Source: Acidobacteriota bacterium
GTDB taxonomy: Bacteria > Acidobacteriota > UBA890 > WLXD01
Direction of reading: 5' to 3'
Length of the DNA: 64,000 nucleotides
NCBI GenBank assembly: GCA_965205505.1
Contig: CBDBHB010000007.1
Span: 653,137 to 717,136, forward strand
Part shown: piece after piece, positions 38,408 through 48,517 of the stretch
Position numbering within the stretch: the first letter of the stretch is position 1
Layout: each line of letters begins with the position of its first letter
The notes under the pieces: model-generated
Database searches by the model: none
The model's input: the letters and a program-made list of their open reading frames with translations, nothing else
What the model was told of the DNA's origin: nothing
Program-made: the position numbers and the translations under genes

Positions 38408-39901
38408 GTGGTAACCCGCGACGGGCGCGTGTACGACGTGGCCATCGTCGGCGGCGGGCCGGCGGGAGCCGCCGCCGGCCGGCTGCTGGCGCTCTGGGGG
38501 TACGACGTCGTGGTGATGACCCGTCGCGAGGACCCGGAGCGCAGCCTGGCGGTGTCGTTGCCGCCCAGCGTTCGCAAGCTATTGCGTGAGATCGGCGTGC
38601 TCGACGCCGTCGACATGGCGGGTTTCGTTCGTTCGACCGGCAACACGGTCTGGTGGGGCGGCGGCGCGCCCCGCTGCGAGCGCTTTGCCGGAGGTGAGAC
38701 CGGTTACCAGGTGCGGCACGCGGAGTTTGATGGCTTGCTGCTCGCCGCGGCGGAAACCGCCGGCGCGACCGTAATTCGCAACGCCAACGTGGTCGAAGTC
38801 GCAGTCGAGATCGAGCCCGCACGAGCCCTCTACGCTACGGAGGGCGGTGAGGGCGAAGTATCGGCGCGCTACGTGCTCGATGCATCGGGGCGACAGGGCG
38901 TGGTCGCCCGATCCCTGGGCTGGCATCCGGAGCTCGCGCCGTCGCGCACGGTGGCGTTGATCGGTACCTGGCGGCGCAAGGATCCCTGGGACCTCGCCGA
39001 CGACACCCACACCCTGGTGGAGTCGTTTGCCGAAGGCTGGGCATGGTCGGTTCCCGTCGACTCTGGCCTCCGCTACTTCACCTGCATGCTCGATCCGCAG
39101 GTGTCAGAGCTGTCGCGCGGCTCGGTGAAACAGCGCTACCTGACCGCGCTAGAGCGCACCTCGGCATTCAAGCGGCTGCTCGACGGCGCCAACCTCGACA
39201 GCGAGCCCTGGGGTTGCGACGCCTCCTGGTACTGTGCCGAGCGGGTATGCGGCAAACGTTTCCTGCTGCTCGGCGACGCCGCCTCGTGCATCGATCCGCT
39301 GTCGTCGTTCGGGGTCAAGAAGGCTCTGGCGTCGGGCTGGATGGCGGCGATCGTTACCAACACCTGGGCGCGCGTACCGGCGATGCAAGAAGCAGCCGCC
39401 ACGCTCTTTGCCGATCGCGAGCGCCAGATGTACGACAGCTTCCGTTCGCAGGCCTCGCGGTTCTTCAGCGCGGTGGCGGAAGACCATCAGCACCCGTTTT
39501 GGACCGGCCGCTCCTTCGGCGAAGATCCGCAGACGGCAACCGACGACATCGACACACTGCGCCACGATCACGAAGTGCTGGCGGCGTTCGAGGCGCTCAG
39601 AGCAGGCGCGTCGATCCAGTTGATCGCCGAGCCGGCCGTGCGGGTGATCGACGAGCCCGCGATCAGCGATCGGCGTGTGGTCATGGAACAGCGCCTGGCA
39701 ACACCCGCCCTTCCCGGCGGACTCCGGTTCCTCCGCGGCGTCGACGTGCCACGGTTGATGGCGCTGGCGCCAGATCACCAACAGGTACCCGAACTCTTCG
39801 CCGCCTACAACGCGCTCTACCCGGCGGTTCCGCTGCCCGACTTTATCGGCGCTTTGTCGGTGCTTTTGGCCAAGGGGTTCCTCAGAAACGGCGCTGCATG
39901 A
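38408..39901 (+). CDS. qhpG: FAD-dependent monooxygenase QhpG (CTQ biogenesis)
   Basis: GGGPAG, DASGR, GWAWSVP, GDAASCIDPLSSFG; immediately upstream of qhpA. Confidence 0.82.
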   Translation: MVTRDGRVYDVAIVGGGPAGAAAGRLLALWGYDVVVMTRREDPERSLAVSLPPSVRKLLREIGVLDAVDMAGFVRSTGNTVWWGGGAPRCERFAGGETGYQVRHAEFDGLLLAAAETAGATVIRNANVVEVAVEIEPARALYATEGGEGEVSARYVLDASGRQGVVARSLGWHPELAPSRTVALIGTWRRKDPWDLADDTHTLVESFAEGWAWSVPVDSGLRYFTCMLDPQVSELSRGSVKQRYLTALERTSAFKRLLDGANLDSEPWGCDASWYCAERVCGKRFLLLGDAASCIDPLSSFGVKKALASGWMAAIVTNTWARVPAMQEAAATLFADRERQMYDSFRSQASRFFSAVAEDHQHPFWTGRSFGEDPQTATDDIDTLRHDHEVLAAFEALRAGASIQLIAEPAVRVIDEPAISDRRVVMEQRLATPALPGGLRFLRGVDVPRLMALAPDHQQVPELFAAYNALYPAVPLPDFIGALSVLLAKGFLRNGAA

Positions 39902-39957
39902 TAGAACCCTCCGACAGTTGCTCCCGACTGACCTTTCGCCGCCTGACTGAGGACTCG

Positions 39958-41703
39958 ATGATCCGAGGGACCGCTTCTCCGCCGGCGCGAATCCTACTCT
40001 TGGTTTCGCTTGTAGCCCTCATTGGCGTCGCGCTCGCCGTCCTACCTACTTCGAGCGCCGCATCCGCCCCACAGTCCGACAGCACTGCGAGCGCGGCCGA
40101 CGACGACGCAGCTTCCGGCATCCCGGTGAGCGACGCGGCCACCGTGTCGAACTGCAGCTCCTGTCACGCCGTTGATGACGACGGGCGCATGACGCGGATC
40201 TCGTACATCCGCAAGTCGCCGGAGGGTTGGCAACAAACGCTTCGCCGCATGGTGATGCTCAACGACGTCGAGCTCGACCCCGCCACGGCCCGCGACATCG
40301 TGCGCTACCTGTCCGACAACCACGGGCTGGCTCCCGAAGAGGCCAAACCGGGCGCCTTCGAGGCTGAGCGGCGGCTAATCGACCACGACTACACCGCCGA
40401 CGACGACACCGAGACAACCTGCATCCAATGCCATTCGATGGGCCGGGTGATCACCGAGCGCCGCACCAAGGACGAGTGGGGGCTGCTTATCGCCATGCAC
40501 CGCGGCTACTTCCCGTACGTCGACTTTCAAGCGTTCCGGCGTACGCAGCGATCTGGCCCCGCCGCAGACGACGCCGACTCCGGACATCCGATGGACAAGG
40601 CGATCGCGCACCTCTCCGAGGCCTTCCCGCTCGACACTCCCGAGTGGTCGGCATGGTCGGCGAACCGTCGACCGGCGCGTCTCGCCGGTCGCTGGGCGGT
40701 TGCCGGCCATTCGCCGGGTCGTGGTCCGGTCTATGGCACCGTCGAGATCAGCGTGGTGAACGACAGCGACAGCCAGTTCCGCACCGAGGCAGCGCTTACC
40801 AACCCGCGCACCGGGACCACCAGGCGACGCAGCGGCCGGGCCGTCGTCTATACCGGCTTCCAGTGGCGCGGCCGCTCGAGCACTGAAGGCAACCTCATGG
40901 GGTCTCTACGTGAGGTGATGTTCGTCGAGCGCGACTGGCGCACGATGGAAGGCCGCTGGTTCACCGGCGCGTACGACGAGATCGGCATCGACGTGACCCT
41001 GTACCGCGCTGACGTTCCGTTGATCGCGGGCGTCTACCCAGTAGCGCTCCGCAGCGACGGCGAGTCCAGCGAAGTAACGATCTTCGGTGCCAGTCTGCCG
41101 GCCGATGTGACCACAGCGGATATCGATCTCGGCCCAGGGGTCGAGATTACCGAGGTAATCGAGGCGAGCGACAGCGCGATTCGCGTTCGCGCTAGCGCTG
41201 CCGACGACGCCGCGGTCGGCACGCGCGATGTCTTCGTGCGCGACATAGGCCGACCGGAAGGCCTGGTGGTGTACGAACAGGTCGACTCCATCCGCGTCTC
41301 GCCCGAATGGGGCATGGCGCGTCTCGGCGGCGAGGTCGCGCCCAAGCAACTGGCGCAGTTCGAGGCCTTCGGCACTTCCAACGGGCCTGACGGTGAGCCC
41401 GGAACAGCAGACGACCTCGACCTGGGCGTCGTCGAGGTAGACTGGAGCCTCGAGGAGTACTCCGCGACGTTCAACGACGAGGACCTGGAGTACGTCGGCA
41501 CTCTCGACGACAACGGCCTCTTCACCCCCGCGGTCGACGGACCGAACCCTGAGCGCGTCGGCAACCGCAATAACATCGGCGACGTCTGGGTGGTGGCCGC
41601 CTACGACGAGATTGGACAAGAGCACCCGCTACGCGGCCGATCGCACCTTGTGGTAACCGTGCCGCTCTATCTCAACTGGAGAGGATGGGAGCCGGGCGAA
41701 TGA
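39958..41703 (+). CDS. qhpA: Quinohemoprotein amine dehydrogenase alpha subunit
   Basis: Signal peptide; haem motifs CSSCH and CIQCH; RISYIRKSPEGW, YLSDNHGLAPEE, YTGFQWRG, GPNPER. Confidence 0.95.
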   Translation: MIRGTASPPARILLLVSLVALIGVALAVLPTSSAASAPQSDSTASAADDDAASGIPVSDAATVSNCSSCHAVDDDGRMTRISYIRKSPEGWQQTLRRMVMLNDVELDPATARDIVRYLSDNHGLAPEEAKPGAFEAERRLIDHDYTADDDTETTCIQCHSMGRVITERRTKDEWGLLIAMHRGYFPYVDFQAFRRTQRSGPAADDADSGHPMDKAIAHLSEAFPLDTPEWSAWSANRRPARLAGRWAVAGHSPGRGPVYGTVEISVVNDSDSQFRTEAALTNPRTGTTRRRSGRAVVYTGFQWRGRSSTEGNLMGSLREVMFVERDWRTMEGRWFTGAYDEIGIDVTLYRADVPLIAGVYPVALRSDGESSEVTIFGASLPADVTTADIDLGPGVEITEVIEASDSAIRVRASAADDAAVGTRDVFVRDIGRPEGLVVYEQVDSIRVSPEWGMARLGGEVAPKQLAQFEAFGTSNGPDGEPGTADDLDLGVVEVDWSLEEYSATFNDEDLEYVGTLDDNGLFTPAVDGPNPERVGNRNNIGDVWVVAAYDEIGQEHPLRGRSHLVVTVPLYLNWRGWEPGE

Positions 41704-43151
41704 GCATGCGTACGGAAGTAGCGCTGTCGGTGGGCGAGTACCATGCCTTCGAGGCGGCCGGTCGGCAGTTCCTCTACATGGTTCCCAGTGCCGCGGTATT
41801 CGGTCTCGACGAGACGTCAGCGGCGGTCCTCGAGCGTCTCGACGAAAAGCCGATGGCGGCGTCCGATCTCGTCGACCAGCTCGCCGATCGCTTCGCCCCG
41901 GAAGCCGTCTACCATAGCGTCAACGAGCTCATGCAGGTACGCGCCGTCGGCGAGGCCGACGCTCCACCGCAGCCGCTGGCCAGGCAAATGCCGCCGACGC
42001 CGTTCCCGCTGACCACGCTGGTCCTCAACGTCACCAACCAGTGCAATCTGAGCTGCGGGTACTGCTACGAGTACAGCGAGGACAAGATCGTCGACACCGA
42101 GAACGGTCGCCAGCCCAAGTTCATGAGCGAGGAGACGGCACAACAGAGCGTCGACTTCATGATGGGGGAATCGGCCGAGATCGAGACCGTCCACCTGACG
42201 TTCTTCGGCGGCGAGACGCTGATGAACTTCCCCGTCTTGAAGAAGACGGTTGGCTACGCGCGCCAGCGCGCCGAGCAGCTCGGCAAGGGCATCGAGTTCA
42301 GCCTCACCACCAACGCCACCCTATTGCGGCCCGACATTATCGAGTGGCTCACCGAAAACGAGATCGGTGTCACTGTGTCGATCGACGGGCCCAAGGAGAT
42401 GCAGGACGAGCTTCGCGTCTTCAAGGGGGGTGGCGGTACCTACGACATCATCGTGCCCAAGGTGCGTGAGCTGCTGAAGCGTCATACGACGCGGCCGATC
42501 GGTGCCAGGGTCACGCTGACCAAGAACAACTTAGACGTGAAGCGTATCTATCATCACCTGCGCGACGATATCGGCTTCAGCGAAGTGGGATTCGCCCCCG
42601 TCACCACGTCCTGGGGTCGAGACTGGACGATCGGCGACGACGGCTTCGACAAGATGATGTCCGGCTTCAGCGAGCTCGCTGAGGAGTTCCTGGAGGCGGC
42701 TCTCGACAACCGCCACCATGGCTTCTCGAACGTCAAGGACACTATCGAGGAAATTCACAAAGGCATAAGCAAGGCCTATCCTTGTGGCGCCGGGCTCGGG
42801 CTGCTCGGCGTGGCTACCGGCGGCGACGTCGCGCTCTGCCACCGTTTCGCGGGATCCGATGAGCATAAGCTCGGCACCGTCGAGGCCGGCATCGATCGCA
42901 GCCAGCAGCTGCACTTCCTCGAGACTCATCACGTCGACGACAAGACCGATTGCCAGAAATGCTGGGCACGACCCCTATGCGCCGGGGGCTGTTACCACGA
43001 GGCGCACACCCGCTACGGGACTACCCGCGGACCGAACCTCCACTATTGCGACTGGATCCGCGCCTGGACCGACACCTGTTTGCGCGTCTATGGTGAAATA
43101 GCCGAGCACAATCCTGGCTACCTCGCCATCTTCGAAGGTAGGGACCAATGA
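41700..43151 (+). CDS. qhpD: Radical SAM/SPASM thioether-forming maturase QhpD
   Basis: CNLSCGYC, FFGGE, PCGAG...CHRF, CQKCWARPLCAGGCYHE; N-terminal RRE-like region. Confidence 0.95.
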   Translation: MSMRTEVALSVGEYHAFEAAGRQFLYMVPSAAVFGLDETSAAVLERLDEKPMAASDLVDQLADRFAPEAVYHSVNELMQVRAVGEADAPPQPLARQMPPTPFPLTTLVLNVTNQCNLSCGYCYEYSEDKIVDTENGRQPKFMSEETAQQSVDFMMGESAEIETVHLTFFGGETLMNFPVLKKTVGYARQRAEQLGKGIEFSLTTNATLLRPDIIEWLTENEIGVTVSIDGPKEMQDELRVFKGGGGTYDIIVPKVRELLKRHTTRPIGARVTLTKNNLDVKRIYHHLRDDIGFSEVGFAPVTTSWGRDWTIGDDGFDKMMSGFSELAEEFLEAALDNRHHGFSNVKDTIEEIHKGISKAYPCGAGLGLLGVATGGDVALCHRFAGSDEHKLGTVEAGIDRSQQLHFLETHHVDDKTDCQKCWARPLCAGGCYHEAHTRYGTTRGPNLHYCDWIRAWTDTCLRVYGEIAEHNPGYLAIFEGRDQ

Positions 43152-43498
43152 AGCACCTGAAGCCAGTCAACCAGAAGGCCGGGCGCATCGAGCAGCACCT
43201 GGCACGCGACGTGGTGGCCTTGAGCGACCCGCAGCAAGGGCAAGCTGTCCCGCAGCAACCCGACGAGCCACACATTCCGCTCGGCTGCTCGCTGGTGTTC
43301 CAGCCCGGTTGGGAAGTCGACAGCAGCGGAGGGACCGCCGGCCTCTGTTCGCCAGTGGAGCGCGACCTGTTCGATTGCTACCTGGGCTGCTTCTGGCCGG
43401 CACAGGTACCCGACCAGCTCAACTACACGCCCGACTGGACAAAGACCTGCGCCGCGGCACAGAAGGATTGGCGCAAGATCGACCTGATCTTCCCGTGA
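43148..43498 (+). CDS. qhpC: Quinohemoprotein amine dehydrogenase gamma subunit precursor (CTQ)
   Basis: Leader MKHLKPVNQKA; core C47..PGWE56, C67..D73, C77, C81xW83PAQVPD89, DWRK, same spacing as Paracoccus/Pseudomonas gamma subunit. Confidence 0.95.
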   Translation: MKHLKPVNQKAGRIEQHLARDVVALSDPQQGQAVPQQPDEPHIPLGCSLVFQPGWEVDSSGGTAGLCSPVERDLFDCYLGCFWPAQVPDQLNYTPDWTKTCAAAQKDWRKIDLIFP

Positions 43499-44637
43499 GC
43501 TCGATCCCGGTCTTTGGATCTGGCCCCGGCCGGCGCGTGGTCGTTTCGGCCGCCGTCACGCTGCTTGTTCTGGGCTTCTTGCTCGGCGGCGCGACAGCCC
43601 AGCAGCATCCCACCGGTGGCCAGGCGACGATGTACGTCGGTACCTACGATCACGCGATCACGGTCATCGACGAGGCCACGATGGCGGTCGTCGACCGAAT
43701 CGAAACCACTGCGGGGATCCCTCGTAACCTGCAGCTGACGCTCGATCGCCAGCGGCTCTATTCCACTAGCGCGGACTTCGAGTACATCGAGATCTTCGAT
43801 GTCGCCAGCCGTGAGTCGATCGACGCCCACTCGCTGAGCCACGACAACTCGAAGGTGCGGATCTGGCGAGTCGCCATCCATCCCAGCGAGGAGTACCTCA
43901 TTCTGCACACCAGTACCGATACGAAGCTCATTGATCGCTTCGAGATCGGACCGCCGGTGTTGCAGCAGTACAACCTCGAGACGCGCGAGGTCATGCGTGA
44001 TATCCCCTGGCCGGGCGGCGTGGAACGCGAGTTCAGCCAGATGATGTTTTCGCCCGACGGCGACCTACTGTACATCATGACGGAGGAGGTGACGATCCTC
44101 GAGACCGAGAGCTTCGAGGAAGTCGACACGTGGGAGATCTCCCGCCCGATGGAGGAGGGAATGGGGGCGCTGAACTTCGGTATCAGCCCCAACATCTACG
44201 ACGAGCCCGGCTTCTTCACGGGGCTATTCCGCACCACCGATCCGATCAACGGAAGGCGTCTGATGGGGGTGGCACGGGTCAACCTGCCGGACAAGAGCGT
44301 CGACTACTACACCCTTGGCCCGTCCATGGGGGTGAGCTTCTCGCTTGCCCCGGATGGCAAGAAGGCGTACGGCCTGTTCAAGAGCATCGGCCACTACGAG
44401 TTCTGGACCTTCGACCTGGAAGGTCGGCGAGTAGAGAGCCGCCAGACCTTTGAGGGGCGTCCGCGAATGAGCGTCATGCCGAGCTCGAACGGCGAGCTAC
44501 TCTACGTCTTCAATGCCGGCAACACGGTCGACGTCTACAGCGCCGCCGACTACAGCTACCTGCATACGCTGGCGCTGGACGGCGATACCACGACCACACT
44601 GATCGTGGTTCCAGCGACGGATTCCGGGCGCCCCTGA
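43495..44637 (+). CDS. qhpB: Quinohemoprotein amine dehydrogenase beta subunit (beta-propeller)
   Basis: GTGA overlap with qhpC; signal peptide; YVTN-like blades (FSPDGD, LAPDGK); position in operon. Confidence 0.8.
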   Translation: MSSIPVFGSGPGRRVVVSAAVTLLVLGFLLGGATAQQHPTGGQATMYVGTYDHAITVIDEATMAVVDRIETTAGIPRNLQLTLDRQRLYSTSADFEYIEIFDVASRESIDAHSLSHDNSKVRIWRVAIHPSEEYLILHTSTDTKLIDRFEIGPPVLQQYNLETREVMRDIPWPGGVEREFSQMMFSPDGDLLYIMTEEVTILETESFEEVDTWEISRPMEEGMGALNFGISPNIYDEPGFFTGLFRTTDPINGRRLMGVARVNLPDKSVDYYTLGPSMGVSFSLAPDGKKAYGLFKSIGHYEFWTFDLEGRRVESRQTFEGRPRMSVMPSSNGELLYVFNAGNTVDVYSAADYSYLHTLALDGDTTTTLIVVPATDSGRP

Positions 44638-44653
44638 GAGCAGGGTTCTCGAC

Positions 44654-46462
44654 ATGACCGCTCGGGTGCCGCGCCGCGGCGAGCTCCGTTGGGCGTTGGC
44701 CTACGTGGTGCCGTACTGGCATCGCCTGGTGCTGGTCATCGTGCTCAGCTTCGCCAGCACGCTGGTGTCGCTCTATGTGCCCTACCTGTCTAAAGACCTC
44801 GTCGACAACGCCCTCCTGGGACAGAACATGGGCGCGCTGGTGCGCATCATCGCTCTGTTCGGCATCGCCACGTTGCTGGGCTTCGCGATCAACTTGGTCA
44901 GTGGACTGCGCTACACACGCGTGTCGGCCGAGATCCTCTTCGACATGCGGCTCGATCTGTACCGCCACATGCAGCGGCTGTCACCACGCTTCTACGCCCA
45001 TGCCAAGCTCGGCGACGTCGTGTCGCGCATCAACAACGACATTGGTGAGATCCAGCGCATCGCCGCCGAGACGGCGCTCGCCTGGGTCGGCAACATCCTG
45101 TTTCTCGTCGGAACCGTGGCGGTGATGATCTGGCTCGACGCCCGGCTGTTCGCGGTGAGCGTGGTCCTGATGCCGATCAGCATGGTCGCCCTGGTCTACT
45201 ACCGACGACGGCTCGAGACCAAGGTGCTGACGATGCGCGAGCGCAGTGCCGACATCGGCAACTTTCTGATCGAGACGCTACAGGGCATGAAGCTCATCGT
45301 GTCGTCCAACGCGCAATCGCGTGAGGAGGGCCGGTTCCGTGGCAAGAACGATGCCTTCATTGAGGCGCTCATGGGCATGCGACGGCTCAGCTACCTGGCC
45401 GGCGGCCTGCCCGGGCTGATCCTCTCCGCCGGCACTGCGGTCGTCTTCCTGTATGGGGGCAGCCGGGTTATCGCCGGCGCCATCACGATGGGAGATCTGG
45501 TCGCATTCATGGCGTATCAAACACGGCTGCTCTCGCCGGTGCAGGGCTTGATGGGCTTGTACACGAACCTGGCGACGGCGCGGGTATCGCTGGGTCGCGT
45601 GCACGAGATTCTCGACACGCCGATCGAGGTGACCGAGCGTGACGATGCCATCGCGCTCGATGAGGCGCGCGGCGAGGTCGAGCTCGAAGGGGTGAGCTTC
45701 ACGTTCGACCGTGGTAACGCGGTGCTCGACGACGTGACGCTGTCGGTAAGGCCCGGCGAGGTGGTCGCCATCGTCGGACCGAGCGGCGGTGGCAAATCGA
45801 CCGTCGTCGATCTGCTGCTACGCCATCTCGACCCCGACGAAGGAGATGTGCGCCTCGATGGACACCGACTGCGCGATCTTCGTCTCGACGACGTGCGCCG
45901 CCACGTCGTGGCGGTAGAGCAGGAGCCGTTCCTGTTCAACACCTCCATCGCGGAAAACATCCGCTACGCGCGGCCCGGCGCGAGCGACGATCAGGTGCGC
46001 GACGCCGCCCGATCAGCGGGCATCGCGGCGTTTATCGACAGCCTGCCCGACGGCTACGACACAGTGGTCGGCGAGCGCGGTATGGCCATATCGGCCGGCG
46101 AGCGCCAGCGCATCGCGATCGCTCGCGCGTTTCTCGCCGATCCGGCGGTGCTGGTGCTCGACGAGGCCACCGCATCGCTCGATCCGGTATCGGAGCGCCA
46201 CGTCATCGACAGCTATGAGGCGATCATGCGCGGACGCACCACGCTGCTGATCTCGCATCGCTACGAAATGGCGCGCCGTGCCGACCGTGTGGTGGTAGTG
46301 GACGGCGCGCGCATCGTCGAGCAGGGAGCGCCGGAGGCACTGGCGGCGACGGCAGGAGCGTTCTCGGCGCTATTCGCCACCGACACAGAGCGGCCAGATG
46401 CGCGGCCGGAAGCGACGCCGGCCCGCGACGCCGACCAGCCGAAGGGCCGCTCCCTCTCGTGA
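44654..46462 (+). CDS. qhpF: ABC exporter (TMD+NBD) QhpF
   Basis: TM domain; GPSGGGKS, ISAGERQR, LVLDEAT, SHR. Confidence 0.88.
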   Translation: MTARVPRRGELRWALAYVVPYWHRLVLVIVLSFASTLVSLYVPYLSKDLVDNALLGQNMGALVRIIALFGIATLLGFAINLVSGLRYTRVSAEILFDMRLDLYRHMQRLSPRFYAHAKLGDVVSRINNDIGEIQRIAAETALAWVGNILFLVGTVAVMIWLDARLFAVSVVLMPISMVALVYYRRRLETKVLTMRERSADIGNFLIETLQGMKLIVSSNAQSREEGRFRGKNDAFIEALMGMRRLSYLAGGLPGLILSAGTAVVFLYGGSRVIAGAITMGDLVAFMAYQTRLLSPVQGLMGLYTNLATARVSLGRVHEILDTPIEVTERDDAIALDEARGEVELEGVSFTFDRGNAVLDDVTLSVRPGEVVAIVGPSGGGKSTVVDLLLRHLDPDEGDVRLDGHRLRDLRLDDVRRHVVAVEQEPFLFNTSIAENIRYARPGASDDQVRDAARSAGIAAFIDSLPDGYDTVVGERGMAISAGERQRIAIARAFLADPAVLVLDEATASLDPVSERHVIDSYEAIMRGRTTLLISHRYEMARRADRVVVVDGARIVEQGAPEALAATAGAFSALFATDTERPDARPEATPARDADQPKGRSLS

Positions 46463-47169
46463 GATATCGCCTCGACAAGGCTCCGTTTGACAGCAACGGA
46501 GACGGTGTCCGAGTAGCGATCATCGACAGCGGCATCAACACCGACAACCCACATATCACAGCGTATGCGTCGGGTGTGGCGATTGACCGAGACGGCGGCG
46601 AACACGATGACGTGCTCGACCGAATCGGCCACGGAACGGCGGTGGCGGCGGCAATCCAGGAAAAAGCGCCGGGTGCGGAGTTGCATGTTGTGCGGGTGTT
46701 CGAGACCTCGCTGTCGACCAGCGCCGCCAACCTGGCCCGCGCCATCGACTGGGCCGCAACGCAGCACCTGCAGATCGCCAACCTCAGCCTCGGCACGCCC
46801 CGTCGCGAGCACGCCGAGCTGCTGCGCGATGCCGTGCTCCGCGCCCGCGACGCGGGCTTGCTGGTGGTCTCAGCACGGAGTCACCGCGCCACGCGCTGGT
46901 GGCCGGGAAGCCTGCCCGAGGTCGTCGGCGTCGTCGCCGACGCTGAGTGTGACCGCGACGAGATCATCGTCGACAGCGGAGTGCCCGGCGTCGGCTTGAC
47001 GCTGCGGACGTCGCCGTTGCCGCGGCCGATCCCGGGGGTGCCCGCGGAGCGCAACGTGCGCGGCATCAGCTTCGCGGTGGCCAATGCGACGGGGTTCCTC
47101 GCCCGTGCGGTGGCGTCGAGCGCCGGATCCGATTGGTTGCAGGAATCCCTCGAGCGCGTCGGCGGCTGA
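46459..47169 (+). CDS. qhpE: Subtilisin-like leader peptidase QhpE
   Basis: IIDSG, GHGTAV, NLSLG, GISFA; short S8 without signal peptide, overlaps qhpF. Confidence 0.88.
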   Translation: MRYRLDKAPFDSNGDGVRVAIIDSGINTDNPHITAYASGVAIDRDGGEHDDVLDRIGHGTAVAAAIQEKAPGAELHVVRVFETSLSTSAANLARAIDWAATQHLQIANLSLGTPRREHAELLRDAVLRARDAGLLVVSARSHRATRWWPGSLPEVVGVVADAECDRDEIIVDSGVPGVGLTLRTSPLPRPIPGVPAERNVRGISFAVANATGFLARAVASSAGSDWLQESLERVGG

Positions 47170-47198
47170 GGCGACGATCGCGAGCCGCTAGTGTCCTG

Positions 47199-48488
47199 CT
47201 AGTCGAACGACCAGCGTGTCAGCATGTCCCCGGCCTTCACGAGCAGGTCGCCGTCGTGGATTAGCGGGTATGCCCAGACCGCAGCGTCGGCAACTGTGTA
47301 CTCGGCGATGAGCTCGAGACCCGGCCTCGTACGGCGAGCAATGTGGAGGTCCCCCTCGTTCATGACGAAGAAGACGTAGTCGCCGGCCGCCAGCACCGAG
47401 CCGTTTTCGCCGGAGCGGCCGTCGGTGATCCAGAGCGCTTCCCCGGTAGCCGGGTCGAGTGCGAATAGCTGACCCTTGCGCTGGCCGGAAACACCGAACA
47501 GCTCGGTGCCCTCGAGCACGAAGTTACTCCAGAAGGGCTTGATCTCGTCGTTCTTCCACACGGTGTCCACTTTCCAGCCATCGGTGCGATTCGTCGGTGC
47601 GACGGCCTCCGTCCCATGCCGGATCCCAGCGATGATCACCACCTGCTCAGCGACGATCGGCGACGGGATGTTCGTCGAGCACGATCCCGGCACCCCGTGC
47701 AATGGGTGCCTCCAGAGGAGCGTGCCGTCGGCCGCGTCGAGCGCCACAGCAGCTTCATCGGTCATCGTGATGATCTGCCGAACGCTGTCGATCGTCGCCA
47801 GCACCGGCGAAGCATTGCCCGCCGCCGGGCCGGTCCAAGCCCACACCGTCTCGCCGCTCTCGAGGCTCAACGCGAACACCTCGCCGGAATCGTCGTCACC
47901 GATCTGCAGGACGACCCGATCGTCGACGATCAGCGGCGACGACGAGGCACCGCAGGATCGCTCGACCTCGACGATGCGATCACCAAAATCACGCCGCCAG
48001 CGCAGATCACCCGACTCGGCGTCGTACGCCGAAGCGATCCCATGAACTCCGAAGGTATACAGACCACCCTCATGCAGTACGGGTGTCGCATAGGGCCCCT
48101 CCCCCTCGCTCGCCGCGAACTCCGGCGCCTTGGTCGTAGGAGCGTCGTATTGGTCACTCCAGACGAGGTCGCCAGTAGCGAAGTCGAGCGCCGAAATCAC
48201 CTCACGCTGGTCGACGCGACTGTGGACATAGATCGCCGTACCATTCGTTATCGGCGACGCATAGCCGGCGCCGACGCTCGTATTCCAGACTGCCGAGGGC
48301 GCATCGGGCCATTCATCCGGCCCCGAGAAGTTCTCCACAACGCCGTCGCGGTTCGGGCCGCGGAACTGTCCCCAGGCAGTGCCTAGTTGTGGGACCTCCG
48401 TTGCGCCGCACGACAGCACCAATGCGGATGCAACCAACAGAACGACGGCACGTGGGACGAGCGCATCCCGATCAGGGGTGTTTCGCAT
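47199..48488 (-). CDS. PQQ-like beta-propeller lipoprotein
   Basis: Lipobox VLSC; WGQFRGPNRDG; repeated ALDxxTGxxxW blades. Confidence 0.85.
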   Translation of the reverse strand: MRNTPDRDALVPRAVVLLVASALVLSCGATEVPQLGTAWGQFRGPNRDGVVENFSGPDEWPDAPSAVWNTSVGAGYASPITNGTAIYVHSRVDQREVISALDFATGDLVWSDQYDAPTTKAPEFAASEGEGPYATPVLHEGGLYTFGVHGIASAYDAESGDLRWRRDFGDRIVEVERSCGASSSPLIVDDRVVLQIGDDDSGEVFALSLESGETVWAWTGPAAGNASPVLATIDSVRQIITMTDEAAVALDAADGTLLWRHPLHGVPGSCSTNIPSPIVAEQVVIIAGIRHGTEAVAPTNRTDGWKVDTVWKNDEIKPFWSNFVLEGTELFGVSGQRKGQLFALDPATGEALWITDGRSGENGSVLAAGDYVFFVMNEGDLHIARRTRPGLELIAEYTVADAAVWAYPLIHDGDLLVKAGDMLTRWSFD

Positions 48489-48517
48489 CGGCGTAGCTTA
48501 CTACCAGCAACGCTTCC

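Noticed and set aside
38408-39901. Tryptophan halogenase or novel RiPP antibiotic cluster
   Set aside because: Context and the QhpC precursor identify the known CTQ biogenesis pathway
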